Virus record (IMG/VR): IMGVR_UViG_2939142107_000001 | Location: 1 to 64,000 of that record | Reading direction: 5' to 3' (one strand) | Origin: a virus | Taxonomy: Duplodnaviria; Heunggongvirae; Uroviricota; Caudoviricetes | DNA: 64,000 bases | Part shown: positions 63,496 to 64,000 of the stretch, piece by piece | How the letters are laid out: the number at the start of each line of letters is the position of its first letter | How positions within the stretch are numbered: the stretch's first letter is position 1 | Program-made: the position numbers and the translations under genes | Notes under the pieces: generated by a model | Database searches by the model: none | What the model saw: the letters and a program-made list of their open reading frames with translations, nothing else | What the model was told of the DNA's origin: nothing

Positions 63496-63716
63496 TATCG
63501 GTTAACCAGTTCCTTGTTGGTGGAGTCCAGGGTGTCAAACAGGGATGCAAATTCAGCATCCAGCGCCGCTTTTTTGTAGGCTTCGAAAGTAGCCTTGCTG
63601 ACAATTACTGCTGGCTCACGGCCTCTGCGGGTGATTTCAACCTCTTCCCCGGCTTCAACATTGTTGAGCACTTCAGAAAGGTTGCCACGCGCGGTACGGA
63701 AGTTAATGGATTGCAT
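63495..63716 (-). CDS. phd: Phd antitoxin
   Basis: 73 aa from [39 protein letters not shown]. Its stop overlaps the doc start. Confidence 0.95.
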
Positions 63717-63788
63717 AAACACCTCGTGTACTCGTTATGTGTACACAATTATAAACTTCACAGGCATAAAGCACCAGCCCTTTGCAGC

Positions 63789-64000
63789 TTAAATAACCGG
63801 ACAATCATCAAACTCCCCACTTCTGGCATCATTGATGACATGAGTGATCACACCAAAAACAGCATTACTGCCCGTGTATCCATCGTCATCTACTGGTAAC
63901 GCCTCTTTCTTCCCGGTGCTTAAATCCTCCAGGTGCTGGCGCGGATACTTCCTGTATCTCTTTATGCGATATTCACCCTCCATAGCGCACACAAGCAGAG
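63789..64000 (-). CDS. Hypothetical ORF; possibly the 3' end of a gene continuing beyond the window
   Basis: Frame open from 63789 to the window edge. Not recognised. Confidence 0.3.
   Translation of the reverse strand, partial: LLVCAMEGEYRIKRYRKYPRQHLEDLSTGKKEALPVDDDGYTGSNAVFGVITHVINDARSGEFDDCPVI

Noticed and set aside
63115-63716. Two-gene toxin-antitoxin pair
   Set aside because: It is the classical phd-doc addiction module of P1, recognised at sequence level. It is not new.

Overview
This window is about two thirds of a P1-like (Punavirus-type) phage-plasmid, read in the opposite orientation to the P1 map as I remember it. I recognised RepA, ParA/ParB, RepL, KilA, Ant, Icd, Ssb, Lyz, Ref, Cre, Coi, C1, Doc, Phd and IS5 InsH directly from their protein sequences. 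I also read incA, parS, loxP, pac, the c4 RNA and the C1 operators directly from the DNA. Symbols for most morphogenetic genes (21, pmgG, bplB, pmgC, tub, pmgB, pmgA, bplA, 16, hdf, ddrA, ddrB, ulx, mat, cra, pdcA/B) rest on remembered P1 gene order and product size, so they carry lower confidence. Gene order is: repA-incA-parA-parB-parS; 23-22-21-pmgG-bplB; repL-kilA-ant-icd-c4 (immI); pmgC-tub-pmgB-sit-pmgA-bplA-16-R-S-U; lydA-lydB-hdf-darA-ddrA-ddrB; ssb; lyz; pro-prt; darB-ulx-lxc; mat-ref-cra-cre-loxP; coi-c1 (immC); pacB-pacA with pac; lpa; pdcB-pdcA; doc-phd. The interesting content is where this backbone departs from P1. (1) The position where P1 carries its type III R-M genes res-mod (between lxc and mat) holds an AT-rich, translationally coupled two-gene cassette. 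It encodes a YaaC-like protein and a nucleoside 2-deoxyribosyltransferase-like protein. This is my top candidate for an undescribed defense or conflict system. (2) The rlfA/rlfB position (between the pmgF position and repL) holds a second AT-rich coupled pair, a DUF3800 protein plus a 154-aa unknown. (3) The sim (superimmunity) position holds a glycine-zipper lipoprotein plus a secreted coiled-coil protein. (4) The invertible C segment is gone. cin survives only as a multiply disrupted N-terminal pseudogene, and one orphan cix-type site remains inside a 1566-aa mosaic S tail fibre with a glycine-rich C-terminal domain. (5) An intact 1195-bp IS5 with a TTAG duplication sits between the loxP-proximal C1 operators and coi-c1. 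No tRNA, rRNA or CRISPR array was seen. GC content, identities and database hits were not computed. All fold and family calls are by-eye motif recognition.
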